Assembly (NCBI GenBank): GCA_040954595.2 | Contig: CM082592.2 | Span: 10,192,731 to 10,256,730 of the forward strand | DNA from: Balanoglossus misakiensis | Taxonomy: Eukaryota > Animalia > Hemichordata | Length of the DNA stretch: 64,000 nucleotides | Direction: 5' to 3' | In this document: positions 39,381 through 51,579 of the stretch, in pieces | Layout of the letters: the number at the start of each line of letters is the position of its first letter | Position numbering within the stretch: position 1 is the first letter of the stretch | The notes under the pieces: generated by a model | What the model saw: only the letters and a program-made list of their open reading frames with translations | What the model was told of the DNA's origin: nothing | The model's database searches: none | Translations under genes and position numbers: made by a program

Positions 39381-42300
39381 CTAAGTCGAAATTGCGCGTT
39401 ACTTTGCATTTTAAAGTTACATGCTTTATCGCATGAAATTCAAAGCAAAAAAGCAACATGCGACGTTTTGAGTATTTTTTCTCGGAATGATGCTATACAT
39501 ATTCGTGTTATCGCAACCGATGCGTTGAATGATTACAAATTGCAGACTGAGCTCTCATTGTTTCACAACTTACATCTTCCGGTCATAATTTTCTCAAGTT
39601 TGAACTTCGTCATTTCATTTCATAGTGTGCCAGGTAGTATTTTACAAAACCACCCCCCCCTGTTTCGATTCCAAAAACAACCACTCTCGTTGCCTGGTGA
39701 CTGACAAGTGACTTTTGCGGAAATATTTTGATGTCGTCCTCTGTCACACGAATATCGCAAACGTTTAAAGCATGACGATTAACTTAAAATGTTTCATTAC
39801 AATTTATGAACAGGAAACAAAAAGATATAGGACGACTTAGCCATGACATTACCCAGCACCTGTTTGCATTCATCGATTCAATGATCGACTTTGGCTTTGA
39901 ATATGTGTCCTGACAATTAAATAGGAGGAGTTCGAGGTTAGAGAAATCATGGGGTCAGTGCTAAACTGTCAACAATATGAACATATATTACTTGTTTTTC
40001 CTCAGTGATCATATCATGATCCTATACAAGCTTAGAAGACGCACATAAATAGTTCAGAGGTCCACATACAAAAATGATAAGGAAAATATTGGCGATAGTC
40101 TTAAATACGATGTTCACGATTTCCCATCTATAGAGTTGACTCTTGAATGCAGTATGGCATGCTGTGTGGCTATGATTGCGACAATTAGTTTGTCGGTAGC
40201 ATCAACTGATTACAAATGTGATATGATGCTGTGGACAGTGGATTTAATTAAACTATAACAACACCAGCGGTTTAAATCACAGAAGTCTAAATCATTGACA
40301 TTTAATGGGAAATCAAGAATGGTCTGTCTGCTCTAATTAATGGATTTATTTATAACCAGAAATTAACGGTTTCGGTTCATGTTAAATTAGCGTTCCTAAT
40401 CACGTCAATATTACGTCATGGAATATTTTAGTGAAATGTGTGAACATGGCGTGTAAATTGGAAAGATCCTTGGATGAAGAGATCATGAAATCAAATGCAG
40501 TGAGCGTGCTGATCGGAACTTAATTATAAAGTCGTGTTTGCCATTTATTTCATAAAATCGCCCGTTTTTTTCAAGATGCCATCATGGAAAAGTAGTTCAA
40601 TGAAAATGCAATAAATTAGTCCGTGACGAAAAGCGTAAGTATGCCCCTAGCTATTCTACCGCGACGTTAAAAATTCATATTTCCGTCATTGAATAAGTAT
40701 AAAACTAATTCCATGTTGCCATTTAAGTCATTTTTCCAAAAAACTGCAAACTGTTTCATTAAAATGGTAAAAATAAAAATATGGCACTGAAATATTAAAT
40801 CACGCGAATTAAAGGCACACAACAGATTGATTTGCAAAGTTGCGAAATCAATATTAATTCAATGTTATATTCATTTAGGTAAACGAAAATGGCCACAGAA
40901 ATTAGTCTATAATTGATCTATAACGTCTTTTCAGAGTGCCGTGTCTGTTGAAAGAAAAACTGCGGGTAGCGATCGAGATTTGGAACAGCGAACCAATCAA
41001 TGCACATGTCTGATTAGAAAATGAGAGAGAGAAAACGATTTCACTATCAGACAACAAGGAGAATTTTCTTTCAAATTTTCGACCTTCCCCGATGCCTGAC
41101 GTAATACAAATCAGCTACACTGGTGACGGAAGACATTACAATTCTGTCATGAGGGATTATGCATATTAGCACAAGTGCACCTGGGTCACAGCATTAAGCT
41201 GTAGCGCTAATAACTGCCAGTGGGTCTATTAATTGTGTCGAACATGCAGAACCGTCTCTCAGGACTATGCCCAAAACCTATTGAAGCGCATCAACATATT
41301 TAGCTTTGACAGGCCACTGACCTCTTTTGACTGACCCTACACATTCGAGAAAGGAAACTTCACATGTCTATGTTTTGAACATATAAACAATCGATAAACT
41401 AATAGCTGAGTAACCTCAAATCTTGGCAATAGCCAGTTATTTCAGGGGATATATGGAGCGAGAATGCCAAACAGGCTGCGGTTGTGTTATCATTAAGTTC
41501 AGTCATAAATGAATCATACAGAGTGGAGCTTCAGACTCCCAGTGGGAACCTTTCCGTGACGTCATTACATCGTCTGCCTTTCTTGCAAGCAGAATACAAG
41601 TATGGATCGCTCCAAGGCAGAGGTACATAAGTCATTAGCGGATGTTACAAAACTCACAGTATGCGTATCATTTTAACCACAGATCTTGAGAAGAAGCAAG
41701 GAGTGGAGTCACTAAGAATGTCAGGGACACTTAAGTCAGATAAGTGGAGCCACATTTCAGGTGTTCTAGGCAGGCGGTGGTGATAATTCGTTCAATCGAT
41801 GCACTTGTAGGGTCGATGTAGTGAACCCATGCATCTATTTCGCGTCACGTGTGATGGTGGTCACAAAACAACCGATACCGATGGTAACGATTTTTCTTTG
41901 GTGAAAAGGAATGATCGTCACAGGGCAACGTTCGCACTAACAGACCACCGATGATTTTAAACGTTCCCTCGTTAAAAGCGACACCTGCAACGATTATTAT
42001 TTCTTCCGCTCAAATAGGACGACCGACAAGCCCCCAAAACAACGAAAGGAACATGCAATAATTCCGATTTTCTAACAAAACATACGAACATAACACAATA
42101 TGTCAACAGTTTTTTTCAAAGACCGCTTTTGTTGCACTTACTGAAACAGATGTTTGCGATTTATATTTTCGATATATAAATAAAATCGCTTTTCACAAAT
42201 GCAAACTATTTATGCCCAGAGGGAATATTTAACACATCACACCGCGTTACAAGCAGAGAAGTATGCTAATGTACCATTAATACTTACACAAAGCGTTCTT

Positions 42301-42991
42301 TTTCAGATATGAGTGTCAGAATATCATATAGGATTTATGGAGCCGGTATGTCGTTGACCTCAGTGAATCATATGAATAGTTTGAAAAAAGCAAACATGAT
42401 GGAAGTATGAGGCTAGCCAAAAAAACCACAACTAGTTCGTGAAGTTAATCTGATAACTGTTGAAATAATACCTCAAAGCTACTTCCATCTTTGCGAAAAC
42501 ACGGCTTCAGTTTTAGGTGTTAGGTTACTCGCCAGCCACACAATTGAGTTACATGTTTTAACTTCAGAAATGGGTCGTTCGCGTTAACTATATTTTCCCC
42601 TAACATGTAGGTTATGTGACTATAATTGTACCACAACCAAGACATACTATATGATGGCTTCGGTTTGTGACATTTGTAATCCCGGGGGGGGGGGGGGGTA
42701 TGCGAGCAAATGTTGTACAGCCACTGAACCAAGATCGGAAACACGAGTTGAGTTGAATTGAAATTCGATTGGTTGTCGACGTAGCGGGTAATTTTTGATT
42801 GAATCGCAGAGGCAGCAACACGAACTTTATCATACAGGTGGTTTCTGCCATCTTGTATCCGTCGCCTTTCGTTTCGCTCTTTTATTTAAACAAGTTTGAT
42901 TCATCAATCGGTTTGATTGCCGTCGTGCAGTCCCATCCCCGGTAGCTTGTGACAACATTTGTGTGCTGTTGTATCCACCACGTTCGGCTGG

Positions 42992-43142
42992 TGACGTCAT
43001 CCACGTGACTACGCCAGATTTAGTGATTTTCCACAAGGAAAGAAAATAAAACTGTACTTGTCTTGTACCCCCGAAGCATCTATCGAGTTGCTTCACGCAA
43101 CAACTTGCATCAACACAAGTCCTTTATGACTAGTTTGCGAAA
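42992..43142 (+). promoter_or_regulatory. Putative adenosine receptor promoter and first non-coding exon (CRE + E-box)
   Basis: TGACGTCA at 42992 is adjacent to CACGTG at 43002. A donor GTAAGT lies at 43143 and a pyrimidine-rich acceptor ends at 43330, upstream of the ATG at 44068. Confidence 0.4.
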
Positions 43143-44067
43143 GTAAGTTTTTATGTATCGTCTTCGGCATATGGAATAACTGGAACCTAATGGAATAAAC
43201 TTGTGAATCAAGGAAAACGGTCGACGTCTTCTACTTCCAACATGTTCGTAATTTGATTAAAAACATAAGCTGGCTAATGAAGTTATACGTATGCGTTTGT
43301 TACTTTGCTTCTTTGCTTGTTTGTTTCCAGGGTGATAGTGTTTTCCTGTTGTCCAATCGGCGTCGCGCACCCACCCACATAGGAAGTCAATAAAAGCTTT
43401 GGTGGACTGATGTTTGAAGAGATGAGTTGAATCGTTCCAATATCGTCGGGCTCTGACATCGATTGAGTGGAGTGCGGTATCCTTCAGCTGTCAAACCACG
43501 GTATACTCTGTTAGTCATAGCATTCTGAAGCTGTCGCGTGCCACAGGGGGCTGCAGTCGTGTTTATCAAGGGAGGAACACACTGCTGAACATAAGGCGTG
43601 CCTTCCGCACAAGCAGACGACTTTCCCACTCCAAAAGATTCCAGCTCAGAATTCTGTACCAATTCACGAAACACATTCTGCGGTTCGCGACTTCATTTAC
43701 GACTCAATATTTTGGGAAGTCGACTTGGACTGAAACATTGAACTCCAAAGGAACTGGCCAAAGGAGAAAGATAATTTTGCTCTCTCAGATTGTTCTGCAA
43801 TTGAAGTTACAACAGTGAGTGTGGCGAAAGCCAATACTTGAGCCAAGGACCACTACATTTACCAGGAAATGGACTTTTAAGGGCGACATGGTCGATAATA
43901 ACACATGAGAACGTATATTTCGATTTCTGTTGGGAGAATCATACATGCCACACATGTGAAACAATAACCGCTCAACGGAAGGACCACGTATCTATCCCTG
44001 TGTATATATATTGACCGGACAAGGTAGCAGAGACCAAACCTATATTTTCAGGTTCAACACTGCGAAA

Positions 44068-47000
44068 ATGGCTGTCGAGTTATTCTATCTCATCATCGAG
44101 GTTGTGATAGCAGTACTGGCAATTTTCGGCAACGGTCTGGTCATATGGGTGATTTACAGGAACCAAAGACTACAGACTATCACCAACTATTTCATATTAT
44201 CGCTGGCGGTGGCTGACTTCTTAGTGGGACTTATTGCCATCCCGTTCGCCATCTTGACAAGCTACGGGCTGCCTGAACATTTCGAGGGGTGTCTCTTCAT
44301 GCTCTCGTTCCTGTTGGGGTTATGCGCAAGCTCCACGTTCAGCCTGATCGGCGTCAGCGTCGACCGCTACATCGCCATCGTCCACCCACTCCGCTACCAC
44401 GCCTTCATGACGACGAGAAGCGCCGCGCTGATGATAGCGGCGTCGTGGTTTCTGGCCATGATCATCGGACTCCTGCCCATGATGGGGTGGAACCTCGGGC
44501 GACCGGAGCAGCCTCGCTGCTTCTTCATGGAAGTCATCGCTATGGAGTACATGTTTTTCAATTTCATCGTGGCTATTTTGGTCCCCCTCATCGTCATGCT
44601 GATACTCTACGGCATCATATTCCACACAGCACGGAAACAGGTGAGCGAACCAAATGAACTACGTATCTGTTATAAAAATCTCATTTTATACATTTAGCTT
44701 TACCACTGAACTTAACTGTACGTTAATTGAAATGGGTTTCACGGCACTTTCTATCACAAGAGGGGAAAATAACATGATATCTATAATTTAAACCGAAAAC
44801 ATGTGACTTTACAAACACCCCACTGAAAAGATTATTTCATATTTGATGGTTTTGATGAAGAGTGACGAAGTTTAGCCACTACATGCGACATTTTTGTCGA
44901 GTATGTGATTACAGGCTAGGTGTTCATATAGAATAAAATAATATAATTTTACACCTTTCAACATTTGTATCTGCACTTGGCAACATTAAATTTTATATCC
45001 ATACAAAGTCATGGCGCGTGATCCGGTAACAGATATACACTCTTCTGTATTTTCTTTAATGTAATATTTCTTTGATTATGCCGACCATTCTTTGTTCATG
45101 CACCATCCGCCCGGTAAATATTGAACTACTGGATTATATTAGTGGGGTATGTTGTATTGGGATAATAGGCCTACTGCAAAATGAAACGTGTGGGACCATG
45201 TTATCTTTATAGGCGTTTATACATAAAAGTCAAACGGTTCCGTGTTGGCGTGTGGTTGGAGAGAGCATCGGACGGGTAAATTGGAGGTCGAAGCAAAATT
45301 TGAAAGACTGGTAATCGTTTGCTTGTTGCACTACCATGAATGTCTATACCACCATATGCTCAAATATGAATTTTCCTATAGTCCTTATAAGCTATTTGTC
45401 ACTTCGTTTCAATTTCTCTTAGTCTGTTGCGATGCCACTTCTGATTTGTCTCGTATCATGTTTTTTTTAGTTTCACCATGTTTACTATGTTTACAACACG
45501 GGGTCGCCATTGCTCAAACTTCATTGTGCATTCGATTGGTTTTTGCCTGCGTGACGTCACGTCGCTTCATATGGTCGATCGACCCTGTCATGTTCGGATC
45601 GATGTACGTGATTGCTAAAGCGAAAATGATAGCTTGGTGTAGCTTAAGTGATTAACGCGCCAGATTGCACAACGAATCGTTTCAATAGTTTGCGATTCAA
45701 AATTCTGCTCCGCGGCATATGTCACTTACATACGGAACTACAAGGATTTGTTCTTGAATATGTTTAGCCATTAACGACAAAATCAAATATATTGAGTGAC
45801 ACGGAATACACACAGGCTGAAAGTGGCTTGATCGTGATTTTCCCAAAGGGCACCTCTATCTCGTGTCGTGCGCATATCACGCACTGGAAATCGCTCTGAT
45901 AGATCGAAATGACATGTGTTATGAGGTCGAGAACACGAATGGAATTCCTCGCCGAGGAAATGATACAGGTGTTCATTAATATTCGAAAATTATTCAACCC
46001 AAATCCACTGAGAACAACCGAAGTTGAAAAGGCCAAACTTGCTAACAACATAACGGCAGAATATACAGTCAAAGTTTACTATATCTTCCGATTTGCATTC
46101 TTTAAACATGCGTGTCTGCAGATTACCCGTAAGCTCCTGTTTGGGGAGTTCGTGTTGAATAAATAGCGGTGACAGTATGTCACTCAGAACAGGCTTCAAA
46201 ATGGCGCCATCTTTCGTCGCCATTTTACATTTCTTTTTCTGTTCTATAACTTGGTAGTCTGAGCACGCCAGGCTCTGCTGATTGCAAACCCCATAAACTT
46301 ACGACGCACGTCAGTAAAATAACTTTCAATAAAATGTTTCGAGAAAAAATGACAGAAAACTTTTACTTACATTGGCTTAGAGGATGTGCGCGCTGGGCTG
46401 CAGGCCAGGAGAAAAGGCACCCTCGATTTTCGTCAAGTCGCTTTCCAAGACCGATGGTTCGTGTACATTATCTTAAATGAGGCTTCCAAAATCTTGGAAA
46501 ATCCAGTCCATATTGTCACAGTCCTGACCCTCACTTTCACTTGGTTGTCGGAAATTGCTCAGGGTAATGAATAGGTCGTTGTTGTCGCTACTTTCAGCCA
46601 CGGTGTTTGTACGTGAACGGTTGAGTATGGAATGATGGAAATGGCGCCTCACTGACCATCTGACAAATGAACTGGCTGACAACTGTCCAATCAAAACGCG
46701 TCATTCACCAGGTGCATTTTGTGAAGCTACTGATTGGTTGATGTGATTTAGAAGTTGTTTAGCATACACAGATCACAGATATTGCCTTAATGCAATATAG
46801 ATAACGGTAAAATTGATAGCACACACACTAAAATTGGTATTTTATTTCATTTTTTTTCTTCCCGCAGATAAGAAGCATTGCAGCGATGGAGGTTCATCTC
46901 CCACAGAAAAACGAACGAAGTGGAACGAAAAAAGAACTAAAAGCCGCCAAATCGCTGGCTATCATCATCATATTCTTCATGGTTTGTTGGTTTCCAATCT

Positions 47001-47269
47001 ACGTGATCGACACTCTGTTTTTATTCTGTCCCGCGACCTGCCAAGTGCCCTTGACGCTGTTGTATTTCAGTATTTTCATCTCACACGGCAATTCCGCCGT
47101 CAACCCGGTCCTGTACGGCTTCGGACGAGACTTTCGCGCCGCCTACAAGAGTTTCTTCTTGACCGTGTTTCCTTGCTGCAGGTCGTTGGCGTGCTGTGGG
47201 GACAAGCGCGGGAACGACGACACACAGACGGCCACAAGTCATCCCATGGCTGTGATTCGTGTCGAATGA
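44068..47269 (+). CDS. ADORA2: Adenosine receptor (A2-like), 2 coding exons, ~324 aa
   Basis: Exons 44068-44640 and 46868-47269 (phase 0, ARKQ|IRSIA). Features: YLIIEVVIA (E1.39), TITNYFILSLAVAD, VDRYIAI, LLPMMGWN, CFFMEVIAMEYMFFNF, KELKAAKSLAII, ISHGNSAVNP (H7.43). Confidence 0.93.
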
Positions 47270-49738
47270 AAGCCGTGGACGCAAGTCCAACGATCTTTTA
47301 AGCAGTGGTCTGTTGAGCAGACTAAATACGTCACGTAAAGATGTCGGTCACGCCGAAAAGTTGACGACTACCAAACACGTATTGTCGGGAGTCTGAGTTG
47401 AAAAACAGTGAAAACATTGTTAAAAACGATGTTGCTGACAATCGTTCTAGGGTGAGTTGGACTGGTACCATCACCCCAAATTCTTCAGCTTAACTTTCAC
47501 CATCATATAACGCTTTCTGTACATTTCTTTTCTCTACATTGACCCAGTCTCAATTCTGGAAACTGGGGTTTAAATTGCATTATTCTATATAAATTCCTTC
47601 CTTTCGAAACGCCGAGAACGTGATGAACATTAAAATGTAACATTCCATTAGAGGCCTTATTTACATTTAAAGATCAGGGAAATCGTTTTGTAGGTCTAGA
47701 GACCAATAAGCTTGTGTACTGCATTGTAAGAATCGTCTGATAAGTTCATTTGTTAGTAATGAATTCATAAGACATGTCCAGGATTTTATTCGCATTCTTG
47801 TATATAATAATGTACAATTTTGTTTCAAGTCTAAATCGGCTTTGTGCTTCGCTGCATCAGCGATCGTTACTTAGTGACGACACACACCGAATTTTATCAT
47901 AGGATTTGCAATTTTAATTGAATCATCAGTAAACATCTTCATGTTATTTGTGACATAATCTTACAGTCATGTCCTTTACTGACGAGTAGTCCAGCTCGCA
48001 CTTATGACGCCAGTATGCATTCTTCACTAGAAAAATACAAGCGACTTTTAAACGGTCATAGCCAAGAACTAACACATCACAACCCATTACAACGAGGTTA
48101 AGCAACAAATTTTGGCCATTAGATTTAAAATCGATTTGTTGGAATGCTAAATTTTGTGCTGCGTTGAAACCCCTGTGTTTCAGATCCGAAAGTAAAATGT
48201 GATTAAAAGTTTTTCTAGATTTTTAACTTCAATTTTGGGAGATTTGCACTCCAAACGAGGTGTACATACATTTCAAATAATGTATTCGATAAAAGTACAT
48301 TTAAGAATAATACAGCGAAAAGTTACAATTATAATTAAAAGCGGTTAAATAAATACGGACATTTTAACTTTCATTTGTTCTGAAAGCAAGCTTGGTTCTA
48401 CAGTGCCTTTTGGACGAATAATGGCTGATAAATGTTCGAGTCGCAGCAAGGCATGCAGTAAACTAATAAATATTCTGAACACCAACTAGGTCACGTTTTG
48501 CAATCAATGGGTATCAAATGAAATAATTCGGTAATAGGCTTTAAAATAGACTCCAGATAAATACTGCGTTTACATTTAGGATTTCGCTTTCCGAAACGGG
48601 TCACGTGGTGATAGCTTACAGAGACAATCAACTGGAAGTATAGTACTTAGGTAATCGCATATCACATTGACCTTCGACGTAGAGTGTACATTTCTCTCAA
48701 GAAAATAGAAAATATGATCCAAGTCATAATCAAAGAACCTGTATATTAATTAATACTGGTCAAGCAAACCAGAACAAAAAAACCCACGTTTTTTAATATC
48801 TGAGGTAGCTACGTTGTCTATATCAGATTCTACAGCCTCGACAAGTTTTGCGCCTTTGTAGTCAGCCTGATAAATCCAGGCTATATCTGGTCAAGTGCCG
48901 CGGCAAATTATGAATTCGGTTGACACCTGTTGAAATCTAAGCGTACAGAAATATATTGCTTTAAAGTTGACACGTGTTGATCTTGTCATTGATATAAATG
49001 GATGAGAAATTTCTGTTTCGTCACGACTGTGCTATTGACAATGCATGCCTTGCTTTCCAAGTTCTCAACCAATTCATATAGTTCGATGGACTTTGTGTGC
49101 ATATCGTATTTCTGCTGCAATACAATCAAAGCACGTGTGCAACTTTTTTCTAGGTTACCCAGATACTATATTGACATCTTATGTAACGCATAGCTTATTA
49201 TAATACTGTTATCTTGACAGGAGTCTGATTGAAATCAGTTGTAGAGAGGTTCGGTCGCTTTAGCTGAATTCTGCTGTTGCCGTAGCGAGGGGCGTCGACA
49301 GGAGACGAGAATAGCAAAGATCTACTTGTAGAGAGGGTAAACACGAGGCCCATATATCTTCAGCCGATTTTAATCAGATTGTCTTCACACGAAATCCCTC
49401 GCGGGTGTCACCACATGTCACCATCAAACGTTGTGTCAAGAAAAAAAAATTGTCACCGCCTTGCCTTGGAGGACAGACGACCAATCGTGGTAGTTTGAAA
49501 TGACGTCATCTATAATGCACAACGTTAACTATAACGGATTATGGTTAAATATCACTGTGAGATATTTATAGCGAGGAAAACGTTTGTTAGCGAGTAAAAT
49601 ACCAGGTTATGGTCCAGTTACTATGGTGATATTCGCCAAAGTCAAATGCACCACGGCAAACATACTTTATCTTGAATAAAGTTAAAAAGAGCGGCGCCAT
49701 TCTTCTCCGCGGATGACATAACCAAACAGGTGGCCGAT

Positions 49739-50719
49739 TTACCAGTCGTACAAAAATTCCAAATTTCTGTCTTTCACCTTGGTGCCGATTTCTCGGTCGA
49801 AGGCTTCGCTTTCTTCCTTTGTCAGACGATTCCTCCAGTCGCCGACTATTCCTTTTCGAAAGAACGGAGCGCTTTTCTGATTATAAAACCATTTCGGTAT
49901 GGCCAGTTTATCCCGTCCCAACTTGCGCATATGATCGAAACTGCTTCTTTCCAGAACTTCCTCAAATTTCTCTTCTGGCACTTGAAGTTTCAAGAAGAGG
50001 ATGATCTTCTTCAGAACTCCGCGAGTGTCCCTCTTCATATCCTCGTAGGTAATGTACAAGACGTTTTCATCTCTGGTCTCCCACCAACTGGTCACATGGT
50101 TCAGCCATGACCCATATATCACGTCGCCGGCGATAAATCTCTCTTGAAACACTCGCCAGGCCGATTCTTCCTGCAGGACACCGTATCCCTTCAGCATATG
50201 GAAGAACGATACACAAACGTCTTTCGGATTTCGTGATATATAGATGACTTTGCACCCCTTTTCGCGTCGGTTCTTCGGAAAGAAACGGTACGGTAGATGT
50301 GATTTGATCAGTCTCGGCGAAGGTGCATCTAAGCACTGTCTGTAGCCCTCCAAGCCTGGCACCTTTGGCATCTCAAGAATTGGCACTCGGTCGTGCGAGT
50401 TCTGGTTACAGGTTCCCCAGTCGTGCAAAATAGACAGCACGATTTGAAGCCACGTTGTCCCAGATTTCGGAAACCCAACAATAAAGACGTCGCTTTCTCG
50501 CACGGGAAAGTTGACCACTCTGTCAACAACCTTCTCGTTCATGAGTCTTGGCAGCGGAAAGCCATCGTAGTACACAATAGTCCTGTTGTAGTCTCCGTCG
50601 TGGTAGCCTTGAAATACCTCATAGAACGGGATTGAAAACACCGACACCAAATCGGTTATGGTGCGCACCCAGCCATATATCCACCGAAAGAACGGCAATG
50701 CGATTTGCAGAGGATACAT
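49739..50719 (-). CDS. Cytosolic PAPS-dependent sulfotransferase (SULT1-like), intronless, 326 aa
   Basis: 5'-PSB loop FPKSGTTW, catalytic His in RLIKSHLP, 3'-PB YISRNPKDVCVS, YGSWLNHV, and C-terminal FFRKGIVGDWRN. Confidence 0.95.
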   Translation of the reverse strand: MYPLQIALPFFRWIYGWVRTITDLVSVFSIPFYEVFQGYHDGDYNRTIVYYDGFPLPRLMNEKVVDRVVNFPVRESDVFIVGFPKSGTTWLQIVLSILHDWGTCNQNSHDRVPILEMPKVPGLEGYRQCLDAPSPRLIKSHLPYRFFPKNRREKGCKVIYISRNPKDVCVSFFHMLKGYGVLQEESAWRVFQERFIAGDVIYGSWLNHVTSWWETRDENVLYITYEDMKRDTRGVLKKIILFLKLQVPEEKFEEVLERSSFDHMRKLGRDKLAIPKWFYNQKSAPFFRKGIVGDWRNRLTKEESEAFDREIGTKVKDRNLEFLYDW

Positions 50720-51579
50720 GACTGTAGACCATCCAACTCTCTCGGTCTAAACGTCACCTATTTTTAAAAACTCCCGTCGTCTGCCGTTATCTGTTAAGAA
50801 AACTAACCGCGCCCGTCCTGCAAACGAGATATCCTAGATGCCTTGAAGAGATCTTGGTTAAAATTTGACAATGTGAAGACTTGGAGGATCAATCAGAAGT
50901 CCCGTTGTCATGCCCAAGGGTGTTAGTCACTTACTCATTTGCATACGGTTAAAATCGAAACAATGATGTCACATGATGTGGCCATGACTCATTTGCAAGT
51001 ACGCCCACAACGTACACTTTTATAACCTCAGCTCACCCCAAGACCCCAAGTGGTTGTCTTTAAAAGAACAAAGACACAAGGAGTGAGATTTATGTTTTTC
51101 TTTGTGTGGTGCCATGGTGTGACTTGCTCGTTTTTCTATACGTTTACTCACTGACACCTGACTGCTTTAATAAGGTGAAAGGTCACTGACAATGCATACA
51201 CACATGGCGTGATTTGCCACTAGAAATTGTCATCGATGTAGTCCCACATACAAGTTTGCCACAATTTATAATTTTCATATTTTAATAAGTAGAACAAATT
51301 AACATATCCTATAATAATAAAAAAATACTATCAAGAACACATAATTTGAAAAAAATATAAATTGGTACATCTAACTCTACAGAAATAAGAAATCTGTAAG
51401 CTTCCTATAATAGCTTTATGAGCAATCAGTATGGTAACTGACATAAAAGATTAACACATTTAAGCTATAGCATAGGTTTTTATTCCCTAGGAATTTTTGG
51501 ATTGATTCCACTTTTTTACAGGAATTTTGAGGCCTCCATCGATGGTTTGTACTTCATGAATTTCTCTGGAAATATTCAC

